DNA from: a virus
Lineage: Duplodnaviria > Caudoviricetes
Length of the DNA stretch: 36,172 nt
Reading direction: 5' to 3' (one strand)
IMG/VR virus record: IMGVR_UViG_3300020045_002064
Span: 1 to 36,172 of that record
The notes beneath the pieces were generated by a model, which saw only the letters and a list, made by a program, of their open reading frames with translations, did not search any database and had not been told where the DNA came from. How positions within the stretch are numbered: position 1 is the stretch's first letter; every line of letters begins with the position of its first letter. Positions 7,694 through 17,066 of this stretch are shown here, piece by piece. The position numbers and the translations under genes are program-made.

Positions 7694-8019
7694 TGCTTAA
7701 AAAAGGCGTAACCCTAGTCAAGTTCACCCGGCCAGCTTCAGCAATGCGTCTTTGTCTGATGGCAGTTGAGAACGACCAAAGAAACAAACCCGACATCATG
7801 GAATACACAAAGCTAACTAGGGGCAAGGTCGATTCAGCATTGAGGAATCTTGCTTACATCGGTGCAATCGTTCGCAGGGAGGATCAACAGGGCAGAAGCG
7901 TTTATCAACTACCTGGGCGGATGGGGGCAGTGGCTCCTTGTCTATTAGGGGTCAGGTCGATATTTGATGTGTCTACCGCTGTTGATACTCAAACTCTCGT
8001 CAATACCCGAAAGGACTGA
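7693..8019 (+). CDS. Winged-helix protein, candidate late-gene activator
   Basis: DIMEYTKLTRGKVDSALRNLAYIGAIVRR...SVYQL; last early gene before terS; TGATG coupling. Confidence 0.6.
   Translation: MLKKGVTLVKFTRPASAMRLCLMAVENDQRNKPDIMEYTKLTRGKVDSALRNLAYIGAIVRREDQQGRSVYQLPGRMGAVAPCLLGVRSIFDVSTAVDTQTLVNTRKD
7972..7989 (+). promoter_or_regulatory. Putative late promoter 1 (terS)
   Basis: TCTACC-N6-GATACT. Confidence 0.55.
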
Positions 8020-8022
8020 CAA

Positions 8023-8274
8023 ATGGCTAGACCAATTGGCAAGTTACATCAAGACGATGTAAGGAAAAAAATTCAAGCCAGTCAACTGATAAATGTCCTT
8101 CAGAATCATGCACTTGTAGGTGACTCTGAAATCAGTTTATCAAGAATGAAGGCAATCGAGATACTTTTGCGCAAGTCTGTGCCTGATTTGAGCGCGGTTA
8201 CTGTCTCAGGTGACTCTGACAATCCGGTGAGCATGTCGCTGAAGGTTGAGTTCGTTAATGGCCCAGCTACCTGA
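8023..8274 (+). CDS. terS: Probable terminase small subunit
   Basis: Position overlapping terL; HQDDVRKKIQ...LRKSVPDLSAV. Confidence 0.6.
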   Translation: MARPIGKLHQDDVRKKIQASQLINVLQNHALVGDSEISLSRMKAIEILLRKSVPDLSAVTVSGDSDNPVSMSLKVEFVNGPAT

Positions 8275-9502
8275 TTGGGCGAAGGAACTATTCAAGCCTT
8301 ACCGTGTGAAATGTCTACACGGTGGGCGAGGTTCGTCTAAGTCTTGGACTATTGCAAGGGCACTCATCATTCAGGCTGCACAGAAGCCTATGAGGGTGCT
8401 CTGTGCGCGTGAGGTGCAGAAGTCAATCAAGGACTCGGTACACCGTCTCTTGTCTGACCAGATAGAGGCTATGGGTGTCGGTCATATGTTTGAGATTCTG
8501 GAAACAGAAATCAGATGTAAGAACGGTGCTGTATTCCTGTTTGCTGGTCTTGCTCAACATACCGTCGAATCCATCAAGTCTTTTGAAGGCGTGGACATTG
8601 TGTGGATTGAGGAGGCGCAGGTAGTGACTAAGCGGTCTTGGGATGTGCTGACCCCAACGATTCGCAAGCCTGGGTCTGAGATATGGATTTCGATGAATCC
8701 GGATATGGAGACTGATGAAACCTATGTTCGCTTCATTCAGAACCCACAAGCAGGGACGTTCGTTCGTCAAGTGAACTGGCGTGATAACCCTTGGTTTAAC
8801 TCTGTACTTGATAACGAGCGTTTAGAGACGCTCAGACGCGATCCAGACAACTACGACAACATATGGGAAGGCCAGCCCAAACGAGTCGCTGAAGGGGCTA
8901 TATATGCCCTTGAATTGGATCGGTGCTATCAAGAGGGCAGGGTGAGGCAGGTTCCTTACGATCCACTCCTATCGGTGCATGTGGTGTGGGATTTGGGATG
9001 GAACGACTCTATGGTGCTCACGTTCTGGCAGCGTAGGGCAAGTGAGGTTCTGTGTATTGACTACATCGAGGACTCATTTAAAACGCTCGATTGGTACGTA
9101 GCAGAGATTGAGAAGCGCCCTTATCGAATAGGGACGTACTTCATCCCTCACGACGGACGGTCAAGGGACTTCAAGACTGGCAAGAGTACTGAAGAAATCC
9201 TGAACGCGATGGGAAAGACTGTGGTGGTCTTACCTCAGATGAGCATCGAGGAGGGCATCAAGGCGACACGAATGATGTTTCCTAGGGTGTACTTCGACAA
9301 GGACAAGACAGTGCCCTTCCTGGAACATCTGAAGCGTTACAGAAGGACTATCAACGCAAGGACAAGCGAACCCGGCGCACCGTTACACGACGAACATAGT
9401 CACTCAGCAGATTGCGCACGTTATGCAGCTATGGCAGTGGATCAGATGGGCAACACTGAGACAGCAAAGCCCATTGTCTATAAGCGCAAGTTCATCACTT
9501 AA
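8258..9502 (+). CDS. terL: Terminase large subunit (PBSX-like)
   Basis: Walker A GGRGSSKS, CARE, Walker B WIEEA, nuclease WDLG and HSADCARY. Confidence 0.95.
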   Translation: MAQLPDWAKELFKPYRVKCLHGGRGSSKSWTIARALIIQAAQKPMRVLCAREVQKSIKDSVHRLLSDQIEAMGVGHMFEILETEIRCKNGAVFLFAGLAQHTVESIKSFEGVDIVWIEEAQVVTKRSWDVLTPTIRKPGSEIWISMNPDMETDETYVRFIQNPQAGTFVRQVNWRDNPWFNSVLDNERLETLRRDPDNYDNIWEGQPKRVAEGAIYALELDRCYQEGRVRQVPYDPLLSVHVVWDLGWNDSMVLTFWQRRASEVLCIDYIEDSFKTLDWYVAEIEKRPYRIGTYFIPHDGRSRDFKTGKSTEEILNAMGKTVVVLPQMSIEEGIKATRMMFPRVYFDKDKTVPFLEHLKRYRRTINARTSEPGAPLHDEHSHSADCARYAAMAVDQMGNTETAKPIVYKRKFIT

Positions 9503-9509
9503 AATAGGC

Positions 9510-9571
9510 GAGCCTGTAAAGCGGTGGAACGCGATACAGGCTCTAACCAATCAGACTGTTAAGGAGTCGCC
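9510..9571 (+). promoter_or_regulatory. Structured leader of the HNH gene
   Basis: 9-bp stem GAGCCTGTA/TACAGGCTC plus a GACT/AGTC hairpin over the AAGGAG SD. Confidence 0.55.
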
Positions 9572-10252
9572 ATGGCTGATGCCATTCTATCGCCCGTAAG
9601 ACCGTGCAAGAACTGCGGTCAATCCAATCGCTACCCAAGCGGCAAATGCAAGCCATGCGGGGACGCAGCCAGCAAGAAGCGCCACCAAGAGAAACCAGAC
9701 CAAGCTAAAGCATACCGGGCCAAGTGGTATGCGGAGAACAGCGAGTATCAAATTGCCAAGCGTATTGCGTACCGAAAGGCAAACATTGAGCAAGAACGCG
9801 AGACACGGAAAAAATGGGATGCTACTAACAAGGAAAAGATTGCAGCACAGCAAGCCGAGTACCGGGCAAATCACAAAGACCGCATAAAGCTGCGTGATGC
9901 CCAGAAGTACGCAGAGGACACAGAGCGTTGCAAGGCGTACAACAAAGCGTGGTATGCCAACAACCCTGATGCTGTCCGCATCAAGAACCAGAACCGTCGC
10001 GCCCGTATTCGTGAGGTTGGCGGTAAATTGTCCAAGGGTTTGGCTGAAAAGCTGTTCGACTTGCAAAAGGGGAAATGCCCATGCTGTAAACGTGGGCTGG
10101 GCAAGAACTATCACCTAGACCACATCGTCCCTCTTGCTTTGGGTGGAAGCAACGAGGACAGCAACGCTCAATTGCTACGGGCTGAATGCAATTTGAAGAA
10201 GCACGCAGAGCATCCGGTGTCGTTCATGCAGTCAAAGGGTTATCTGCTCTGA
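9572..10252 (+). CDS. HNH endonuclease
   Basis: CKNC/CKPC zinc motif, helical repeats, CPCC...HLDHIVPLALGGSN...N...CNLKK. Confidence 0.9.
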   Translation: MADAILSPVRPCKNCGQSNRYPSGKCKPCGDAASKKRHQEKPDQAKAYRAKWYAENSEYQIAKRIAYRKANIEQERETRKKWDATNKEKIAAQQAEYRANHKDRIKLRDAQKYAEDTERCKAYNKAWYANNPDAVRIKNQNRRARIREVGGKLSKGLAEKLFDLQKGKCPCCKRGLGKNYHLDHIVPLALGGSNEDSNAQLLRAECNLKKHAEHPVSFMQSKGYLL

Positions 10253-10255
10253 ACT

Positions 10256-10273
10256 TCTACCAATAACAAAAAT
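10256..10273 (+). promoter_or_regulatory. Putative late promoter 2 (portal)
   Basis: TCTACC-AATAAC-AAAAAT-GCC, nearly identical to the 17067 copy. Confidence 0.65.
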
Positions 10274-10294
10274 GCCATGGAAATGAGGAATGCC

Positions 10295-12568
10295 ATGGCA
10301 AAGATGACCGATGACGAACTGCTTGATTTGTTGCGACGGAAAGAGGAAGCCTCTGCCGACTATGTTCATGGTCAACTGGGCCAAGAGCGTGAGCAACTCA
10401 TGCGCGAATACCATCGCATGCCTTATGGGAATGAGGAAGAAGGCAATTCGCAGATAGTCGCCTCAGACGTAAGCGATAGTGTGGAATGGGTGTTACCCGC
10501 TCTGCTCAAGGTGTTCACCAGCACCGACAAAGCCGTTTCCTTTGAGCCTTCACGCGAGGCAGACGTAAAGCCAGCAGAGCAAGCCACTGATGCCTGCAAC
10601 TATGTGTTTTACCGTCAAAACAACGGTTTCTTGGTGCTTTATACAGCACTGAAAGACGCGCTCACAGTCCGTAACTGCGCTGTCAACTGGCGCAAAGAGT
10701 CGAAGGAAACAGTCTCAAGCATCCCATTCAAGGGTGCTACGGGCGAAATGCTGGCAATGATGCTGCAAGAGCCTGATACAGAGATTGGCGAGGTGTCTGA
10801 CCCGCAGGTTGTCCCTGATCAGATGGGAATGCCTGTGGAAATCTATTCAGGCCGCATCAAAAAGACTGAGAAAAAGACAGTCATCAAGGTCGAAGCGTTC
10901 TCTCCCGAGGATTTGCTGGTTGATCGTGAATGGACATCCCCACTTCTGGAAGATTGCCCATACGTCGCACGGTTGATGCCTGTCACGCTGACGGACCTCA
11001 AGCTGATGGGATTCAAGAACGTCACGGCTGATGACCTTCGCGCTTCAGATCAGGCTGATTACTCCGCAGACGCTGATTTCCGTCTGTCCAAGATCAATCA
11101 GAACGACAGCCTATCAACTGCTGGCAATGCTTGGGGTGAAGATCACTCGCAAGATGAGTCAATGGCAGAGGGTTGGCTGCGGATTGAGTACGTTGAGGTT
11201 GATGCAGACGGTGACGGTGTGGCTGAACGGCTGGAAATCTACCGTTTGCGCGAGAAGATTCTGAAAAAGGAAGTGGTTTCGCACGTTCCTATCGCTACGT
11301 TCTCACCCATCCTGAACACGCACCGTTGGGACGGGATGAGCATGGCTGATGCCGTGTCAGACCTTCAGAAGCTGCACACTGAGTTGCTGCGTCAAACGCT
11401 GAACAACCTGTACTTGACCAACAATCCAAGGACAAAGGTTCTCACAGACGCTAACTGGTCGCCACTTGCCAACATTGATGACCTGCTTGATTCAAGGGCT
11501 GGTGGGATCATCCGTCAACGCGACATCAACGCTGTTACTGAACAAGTAACCCCGTTCGCTGCTGGTGCGTCAATGCCCATGCTGGAATACGTCCAAGGCA
11601 TGAGGGAGAACCGCACAGGTGTATCCCGCACCTCTATGGGTCTCAACCCTGACAGCCTGAACAACACAGCTACGGGTCGCCAGATTGACCAATCAGCCGC
11701 ACAGCAACGCATTGAACTGATTGCGCGTATCGCTGCTGAGATCCTGTTGAAGCCTATCTTCAAAGGCATTCTGAAGCTGTTGACAGATGGCGACATGGAG
11801 AAACTGGCGTTCCGGTTAAGGGACGAGTTTGTTGAGTACGACCCGAATGAGTGGCGTGACTCATATGACATGACCATTCACGTCGGTTTGGGTACTGGTG
11901 ACCGTATGGCTCAAACACAGAGCCTGATGTCTATTTGGCAGATGCAACAAGCCGCGATGCCTATGGGTATCGTGACCCCCAAACACCTGTATCAGACTGC
12001 GGTGAAGGTGATCGAAAACGCAGGGTTCAAGGATGTGCAATCGTTCCTGCAAGACCCGTCTAAGCAGCCACCACAGCCACCACAGCCACCACTTCCTTTG
12101 CAGATTGAGCAAATGAAGCTTCAGGCTGACATGCAGAAGTTCCAAGCTCAAGCACAGGCTGAGATTCAGAAGTTCCAAGCTGAGACACAGCAGACGATGG
12201 AAGTTGAGAAGCTGAAAGCACAGGCCAAGCTGCAAGAGGTTCAGGCTAATCTGGAACTGCAAGCCTCAAACGACCAGCGCGATGCACAGCGTGAGGCAAT
12301 GAAGGCTCAGTATGAGGCGCAGCTAGAGCAACTTCGGTTGGAGCTGGACAAGTACAAGACTGACCAGGACAACCGCACACGCATTACGGTGGCTCAGATT
12401 TCCAAGCTGGGTGCAGAGGAAGCAATGCAAGTCGATATGCCAATGGATGCGCCAGCCCCCAAGCCTCACGAAATGATGGCACAAGCTATCGCAATGCTGG
12501 CTGAGAAGCTAGACCGTCCCAAACAAGTAGTGCGGGATGAGTCAGGCAAAGTGATTGGAGTTGCCTGA
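10295..12568 (+). CDS. Portal protein (P22-like, long Q/E-rich C-terminal coiled coil)
   Basis: Position after terL; SQIVASDVSDSVEW, AEQAT..CNYVF, TGVSR..MG, NNTATG; GAGGA SD favours ATG 10295. Confidence 0.9.
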   Translation: MAKMTDDELLDLLRRKEEASADYVHGQLGQEREQLMREYHRMPYGNEEEGNSQIVASDVSDSVEWVLPALLKVFTSTDKAVSFEPSREADVKPAEQATDACNYVFYRQNNGFLVLYTALKDALTVRNCAVNWRKESKETVSSIPFKGATGEMLAMMLQEPDTEIGEVSDPQVVPDQMGMPVEIYSGRIKKTEKKTVIKVEAFSPEDLLVDREWTSPLLEDCPYVARLMPVTLTDLKLMGFKNVTADDLRASDQADYSADADFRLSKINQNDSLSTAGNAWGEDHSQDESMAEGWLRIEYVEVDADGDGVAERLEIYRLREKILKKEVVSHVPIATFSPILNTHRWDGMSMADAVSDLQKLHTELLRQTLNNLYLTNNPRTKVLTDANWSPLANIDDLLDSRAGGIIRQRDINAVTEQVTPFAAGASMPMLEYVQGMRENRTGVSRTSMGLNPDSLNNTATGRQIDQSAAQQRIELIARIAAEILLKPIFKGILKLLTDGDMEKLAFRLRDEFVEYDPNEWRDSYDMTIHVGLGTGDRMAQTQSLMSIWQMQQAAMPMGIVTPKHLYQTAVKVIENAGFKDVQSFLQDPSKQPPQPPQPPLPLQIEQMKLQADMQKFQAQAQAEIQKFQAETQQTMEVEKLKAQAKLQEVQANLELQASNDQRDAQREAMKAQYEAQLEQLRLELDKYKTDQDNRTRITVAQISKLGAEEAMQVDMPMDAPAPKPHEMMAQAIAMLAEKLDRPKQVVRDESGKVIGVA

Positions 12569-12846
12569 TGGGTACGCCTGCAACTGGAACGGGGACGGTT
12601 GACTTTGGTACAGGGTCAACAACGACAACTGTTCAGGTGTCTGCGCCTGACATCGAGGCAGATCAGAAAGTCGAAGCGTGGCTAGTCCCCATCGATTCCG
12701 CGAACAACACAGCAGACAACCACTGGATCGAGGACTTGACCGTCATGGCTGGCCCTGCTGTTCCTGGCGTTGGTTTCACCGTTTATGCCAAGTGCAACAC
12801 CTTGCAAGCGCACGGCATCTACAACTTCAATTTCGTTTACGCATAA
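12568..12846 (+). CDS. Small beta-rich probable virion protein
   Basis: TGATG coupling with portal; Thr/Gly/Val-rich. Confidence 0.7.
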   Translation: MGTPATGTGTVDFGTGSTTTTVQVSAPDIEADQKVEAWLVPIDSANNTADNHWIEDLTVMAGPAVPGVGFTVYAKCNTLQAHGIYNFNFVYA

Positions 12847-12855
12847 GGCTTTCAA

Positions 12856-14241
12856 ATGTCCATATCACTCATTGGTAACAACGGCTCAACGATTGCCACT
12901 AACGCGAACCCTATACCGGTTGCGTTGTCGCCTGACAGCAGCCACGAGGTCTGTTATCAACACGATGGCTTTGCTCTTGATTCGTTTGAACGTCTGCGTA
13001 CCTCTGACGCTCGTATTGCATTTGAGTACACCTTTGGCGCTTTGGTCACATCTTCTGCCACGACCATTTGGGAATCAACAGCGGTTGCGTCAGGCACTCA
13101 AGCTCTGACAACGAACCTTTACGGTACTGAGTTGAATACCTTGGTGGGTACGGGTACGGGTTACTGGATTCAAGCATTCAACCATGTTCGTTACGCTCCG
13201 GGCATCTCCACGCTGATGCGCTTCACGTTCAACTTCAACACGCCAATCACCAACTGCCGCAAACGGGTTGGTATGTTCACAGACCAAGGGACATATCCAT
13301 CAACCGCTGGTGATGGCCTGTATCTGGAACAAGACGGGAACGCAGTGAGTGTGGTTCGCCGCTATATGACAACAGGCGGTACAGGTGCTGAAGAACGAGT
13401 GTTTCAGGGTAACTGGAACATGGACAATCTTGATGGCACTGGTGCTTCTGGAATTGATCTGGATTGGACGCTTGCACAACACTTGGTTGTTGAGTTCCAG
13501 TGGCTTGGCGTGGGCACCATTCGCTTTGGTTTCGAGACAAACAAGGGCATCATATGGGCGCATGAGATTGTCAGCGTCAACGCTCTGTCCACAGCATGGA
13601 GTCGTACAGGTTCGATGCCAGTTCGTGCAGAGATTCATGCTAACGGTGCGTTGGCTCAAGCTGGTAAGTTGACACTGATCAACGTGGTTGTTCTCCAAGA
13701 AGGTGATGTGCTGGACATGCGTGGATGGCGGTACTTCGGTGCGACATCTGGTGCTACTGCCAAGGTTGGTGGCACTGCCGCCGGTCTGTATCCCGTAGCG
13801 TCTCTCCGCGCTGCATCAACTAACGACTTGACCAAACGCGCAAGGATCATCCCTACATTCATTGATGTGACCGTGGCTGTTGCTGCTACTGGTGCAACAT
13901 CGTTGCAGGTGGCTCTGTTGATGAACCCAACACCTAACACTGGTGCTACGTTCGCAACAACTGTCGCAGGTTCAGTAACAACGGTTGATACGATTGCCAC
14001 AGCAACCACTGCGGTTACAGGTTCGGCAATTGCTACATGGGTCATTCCCAACGCTGTGGGACGGTACACCTTCGATCTCGCCACAATGAACGACAACAAC
14101 AACCTGATTGGCTACAACGCCGCAGGTACGGTTGCCATTACTGGGCCTTCTGTGCTGACTCTCGCAGTTGGCCCGTTGTCTGGAACGACAACTGTTGCCC
14201 CTACGGTTGTTGCAGCGATCAACTGGAAAGAAATGGTTTAA
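12856..14241 (+). CDS. Beta-rich probable virion or decoration protein (461 aa)
   Basis: DSFERLR, YAPG, WNMDNLDGTGASG, FQWLGVGTIRFG motifs; lies in the head module. Confidence 0.7.
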   Translation: MSISLIGNNGSTIATNANPIPVALSPDSSHEVCYQHDGFALDSFERLRTSDARIAFEYTFGALVTSSATTIWESTAVASGTQALTTNLYGTELNTLVGTGTGYWIQAFNHVRYAPGISTLMRFTFNFNTPITNCRKRVGMFTDQGTYPSTAGDGLYLEQDGNAVSVVRRYMTTGGTGAEERVFQGNWNMDNLDGTGASGIDLDWTLAQHLVVEFQWLGVGTIRFGFETNKGIIWAHEIVSVNALSTAWSRTGSMPVRAEIHANGALAQAGKLTLINVVVLQEGDVLDMRGWRYFGATSGATAKVGGTAAGLYPVASLRAASTNDLTKRARIIPTFIDVTVAVAATGATSLQVALLMNPTPNTGATFATTVAGSVTTVDTIATATTAVTGSAIATWVIPNAVGRYTFDLATMNDNNNLIGYNAAGTVAITGPSVLTLAVGPLSGTTTVAPTVVAAINWKEMV

Positions 14242-14244
14242 CCC

Positions 14245-14640
14245 ATGTCCCTGCTGCTTGCTCTCGTTGGTACACCACCAGCACCGCCAGCAGCGGGGCG
14301 TGAGATTGAATGGGTCTTTGTTGAGACCGTATTCGACAAGATCAAGAAGAAAGCACAAGCCGCTGCGCTGAAGTTCAAGAACAGGACTCTCAGACGCAGG
14401 GCAAAGGCTATCGAAGTCAAAGCCGCAGAACTGTTCATTGCTGAACCGGAAAACGCTGAGACAAAGTTCCGCGCACTCATGCGGGAGTGGTCAGAGCAAC
14501 AGCCTGAACAGGTACAGGGGTTCGACCCGCTTGAAGAACTGTTTGCCGCACAGATTGCTTTCCAGATTCAGCAGATCAATCAACGGATTGCCTTTGAACA
14601 GGATGAGGAAGAAGCAATCCTGGCACTCTTGATGTCCTGA
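14245..14640 (+). CDS. Hypothetical protein
   Basis: Helical ORF ending DEEEAILALLMS. Confidence 0.7.
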   Translation: MSLLLALVGTPPAPPAAGREIEWVFVETVFDKIKKKAQAAALKFKNRTLRRRAKAIEVKAAELFIAEPENAETKFRALMREWSEQQPEQVQGFDPLEELFAAQIAFQIQQINQRIAFEQDEEEAILALLMS

Positions 14641-14643
14641 CCG

Positions 14644-14661
14644 TCTACCAAATTTGACAAT
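14644..14661 (+). promoter_or_regulatory. Putative late promoter 3 (scaffold-capsid block)
   Basis: TCTACC-AAATTT-GACAAT, 7 nt before ATG 14669. Confidence 0.6.
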
Positions 14662-14668
14662 GCGCCAA

Positions 14669-14968
14669 ATGACTGAACAGCAACAGGTTCTCAGAGGCCA
14701 AGAAGCCGCGCAAGTACTCGACAACGAGGCTTTCAAACTGGCTATGGACTCACTGCGTCAGAGTGGAATTGATGCCATGTTGGCCTGTCCTATTAGGGAC
14801 AACGAGGGCAGATTGCTCCTGGCTCAGTATGTGAAGGTTGTCGACAAGTTCAAGTCTGATTTGATCTCGATGATCGAATCAGGCAAGTTTGCACAACGAC
14901 AGTTGGACATTGACAAGATGCGTAACGAACCGAAGGCACGGCAGTTCGTTCGCAAGGTTCTCGGGTAA
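14669..14968 (+). CDS. Small head-module protein upstream of scaffold
   Basis: RGQEAAQVLDNEAF...CPIRD.EGR; typical position. Confidence 0.75.
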   Translation: MTEQQQVLRGQEAAQVLDNEAFKLAMDSLRQSGIDAMLACPIRDNEGRLLLAQYVKVVDKFKSDLISMIESGKFAQRQLDIDKMRNEPKARQFVRKVLG

Positions 14969-15049
14969 GCATCTACCCTTCGCGTCCGTAGAGATACGCC
15001 GCAGCCGCTCCTGATGCTTTAGGGGGGTGGTTTTGATTTATGGAAACCA

Positions 15050-16018
15050 ATGGAAAACGAACACGCGCAAGCACTCGATTCCGGTTTGTCTGGATTGGCT
15101 GACTTCCTTGCGGACACGCCTAGCGCACCCGCTGATGAGGAAGATGAAGCCGAATTGACCGCTGACGAATCCACCGCAGATAGCGACACGGATGAGGAAG
15201 CAAACGCCGCACAGGACGAATCCGAGGAAGATGATTCCGACGAGGAAAACGCCAAGCCTACAAGCGAGCGAAAGATAGCCGTACCTATCAAGGCAGAGGA
15301 CGGAACCGACACGACAGTTGAAGTCGATGAAACAGAACTTGTGAAGGGTTATCAGCGACAAGCTGACTACACTCGTAAAGCACAGGCTCTCGCAGAGCGT
15401 GAAACGCAAGCAGTCGAATTCCTGAAGTCCAAACACGACGAGATTCGCAGCCAATACCTGCAACAAGCCGAAGCCGCAAGGATGGCAGTTGCTCAGATGG
15501 CTGGAATCAAGACCGAAGCTGAACTGGCGGAGCTTGCACAGCAAGACCCTGCCGCTTGGGTGGCTGAAGTCCAGCGCCAAAAACAGATTGGCGGTTTTCT
15601 CCAAGGTCTTGACCAGCAACTGATGCAAGAGCGTCAACGCGCTGCGATGGAAGCACAGCAACGTCAGCAACAGGCACTGCAAAGCCAGTTCCAAAAGACT
15701 TGGCAAGTGCTGCAAGCCGAGAAGATCGACAAACCTACTCTGGCGAAGATATACGAAGGCACAGCCAAAACCTATGGGTTTACACCTGAGGAACTTGGAA
15801 ATGTGTATGACCACAGACTCGTAAAGCTGATGCGTGATGCAACCGCATATCAGCAACTCAAGGCAGCAAAGCCTGAAGTCACTCGCAAGGTGACAGAAGC
15901 GCCCAAGCTACCTGCAAAACAAGCCCCTGCGGCTGAAGTTCGTCAACGCAAAGCCTTGGACACAAAGTTCCAATCAGGCCGCGCCAAGTTGAATGACCTC
16001 GCTGCATATCTGCGTTAA
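15050..16018 (+). CDS. Scaffolding protein
   Basis: Acidic N-terminus, ELVKGYQRQADYTRK, coiled coil; upstream of capsid. Confidence 0.88.
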   Translation: MENEHAQALDSGLSGLADFLADTPSAPADEEDEAELTADESTADSDTDEEANAAQDESEEDDSDEENAKPTSERKIAVPIKAEDGTDTTVEVDETELVKGYQRQADYTRKAQALAERETQAVEFLKSKHDEIRSQYLQQAEAARMAVAQMAGIKTEAELAELAQQDPAAWVAEVQRQKQIGGFLQGLDQQLMQERQRAAMEAQQRQQQALQSQFQKTWQVLQAEKIDKPTLAKIYEGTAKTYGFTPEELGNVYDHRLVKLMRDATAYQQLKAAKPEVTRKVTEAPKLPAKQAPAAEVRQRKALDTKFQSGRAKLNDLAAYLR

Positions 16019-16040
16019 ATCTATCTCTTAGGAGCATTAA

Positions 16041-17009
16041 ATGACCGTCCCTACAAACCTGTATCAGAAAGCATCCCTCAAAGGTGACCGCGAGGATCTG
16101 ATCGACAAGATTTTTAACACCAGCCCCACAGAAACACCTGTGGTTTCCAGCATTGGTCGCACTACTGCAACCAACACCTATCACGAATGGCAGCGTGACA
16201 GCTTGGCAGCAGCCAACGCCGACAACGCCGCGATTGACGGTGATGACGCAACGATGGAAGCCCAGACGCCTACTGAGCGTGTCGGTAACTACATGCAGAT
16301 CTTCCGCAAGGTCAAGGGTGTTTCCCGTCGTGCAAACTTGGTGAAAAAGGCTGGTCGCGGTTCAGAATTGGCTTACATCAAAGCCCAAGCCATGCTGGAA
16401 TTGAAGCGTGACATTGAAGCAATGGTGCTGTCCAACAACCCCGCAGTTGCTCCTACCACTTCTGTGGCTGGTAAGTCTGCTGGTCTGGGTGTGCAGTCCT
16501 ACGCCAACGCACTGCACAACGGTGCTGGCGCAACGGCATCTTGGACTTCTGGCGCACCTACTACCGCAGTGACTGCTGGTACAAACCGCGCTCTGACTGA
16601 AGCCCTGCTGAAAACAGCCTGCCAGAACGTCTACACAGCGTCCGGTGGTGTTGCCGATCAGGTCTATATGTCACCCAGCCACAAGGCTACATTCTCCGGA
16701 TTCACCGGTATTGCTGCGAACCGTGTTGACCTGAAAAAGGGTACACAACAAGGGATCGTAGTATCTGGCGCAGACGTGATGATTAGCGACTTCGGCGCAC
16801 TTTCTATCATCCCACACTACCTTATGTCTGGTGCAACAGACGTGTTCTTGCTGAACACTGAGTACATCGACTTGGCTGTGCTGGACGGTTTCAAGACCGA
16901 AGAACTGGCAAAGACCGGCGACAGCGACAAAGTGATGATCATCACCGACTGCGCTCTGGCTGTTCGTGCTCCCAAGGCAATCGCTAAGATTTCCAATTTG
17001 ACCGCCTGA
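16041..17009 (+). CDS. Major capsid protein (DUF5309/SU10-like)
   Basis: REDL.D.I.N.SPTETP, HEWQRDSL, NYMQIFRK, ELKRDIE, LAKTGD; strong SD and a downstream terminator. Confidence 0.9.
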   Translation: MTVPTNLYQKASLKGDREDLIDKIFNTSPTETPVVSSIGRTTATNTYHEWQRDSLAAANADNAAIDGDDATMEAQTPTERVGNYMQIFRKVKGVSRRANLVKKAGRGSELAYIKAQAMLELKRDIEAMVLSNNPAVAPTTSVAGKSAGLGVQSYANALHNGAGATASWTSGAPTTAVTAGTNRALTEALLKTACQNVYTASGGVADQVYMSPSHKATFSGFTGIAANRVDLKKGTQQGIVVSGADVMISDFGALSIIPHYLMSGATDVFLLNTEYIDLAVLDGFKTEELAKTGDSDKVMIITDCALAVRAPKAIAKISNLTA

Positions 17010-17029
17010 TAAGCAGTCACCCCACAGAA

Positions 17030-17059
17030 GCCCCCTCGGTTCGCCCTGGGGGCTTTTTT
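17030..17059 (+). terminator. Intrinsic terminator after capsid
   Basis: GCCCCC...GGGGGC followed by TTTTT. Confidence 0.85.
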
Positions 17060-17066
17060 ACGCCCG

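Noticed and set aside
12060-12185. CCACAGCCA and CAGAAGTTCCAAGCT repeats in portal
   Set aside because: Explained by a Pro/Gln linker and coiled-coil repeats
14972-14989. Extra TCTACC before the scaffold gene as another late promoter
   Set aside because: The hexamer at N6 spacing is GTCCGT, lacking the conserved A; other in-gene TCTACC hits fail similarly
15038-15856. 272-aa antisense ORF and similar shadows (1644-2126, 5184-5708, 9587-10114, 24287-24817, 32507-33019)
   Set aside because: They lie opposite well-supported genes and have no motifs or SD; codon-bias shadows
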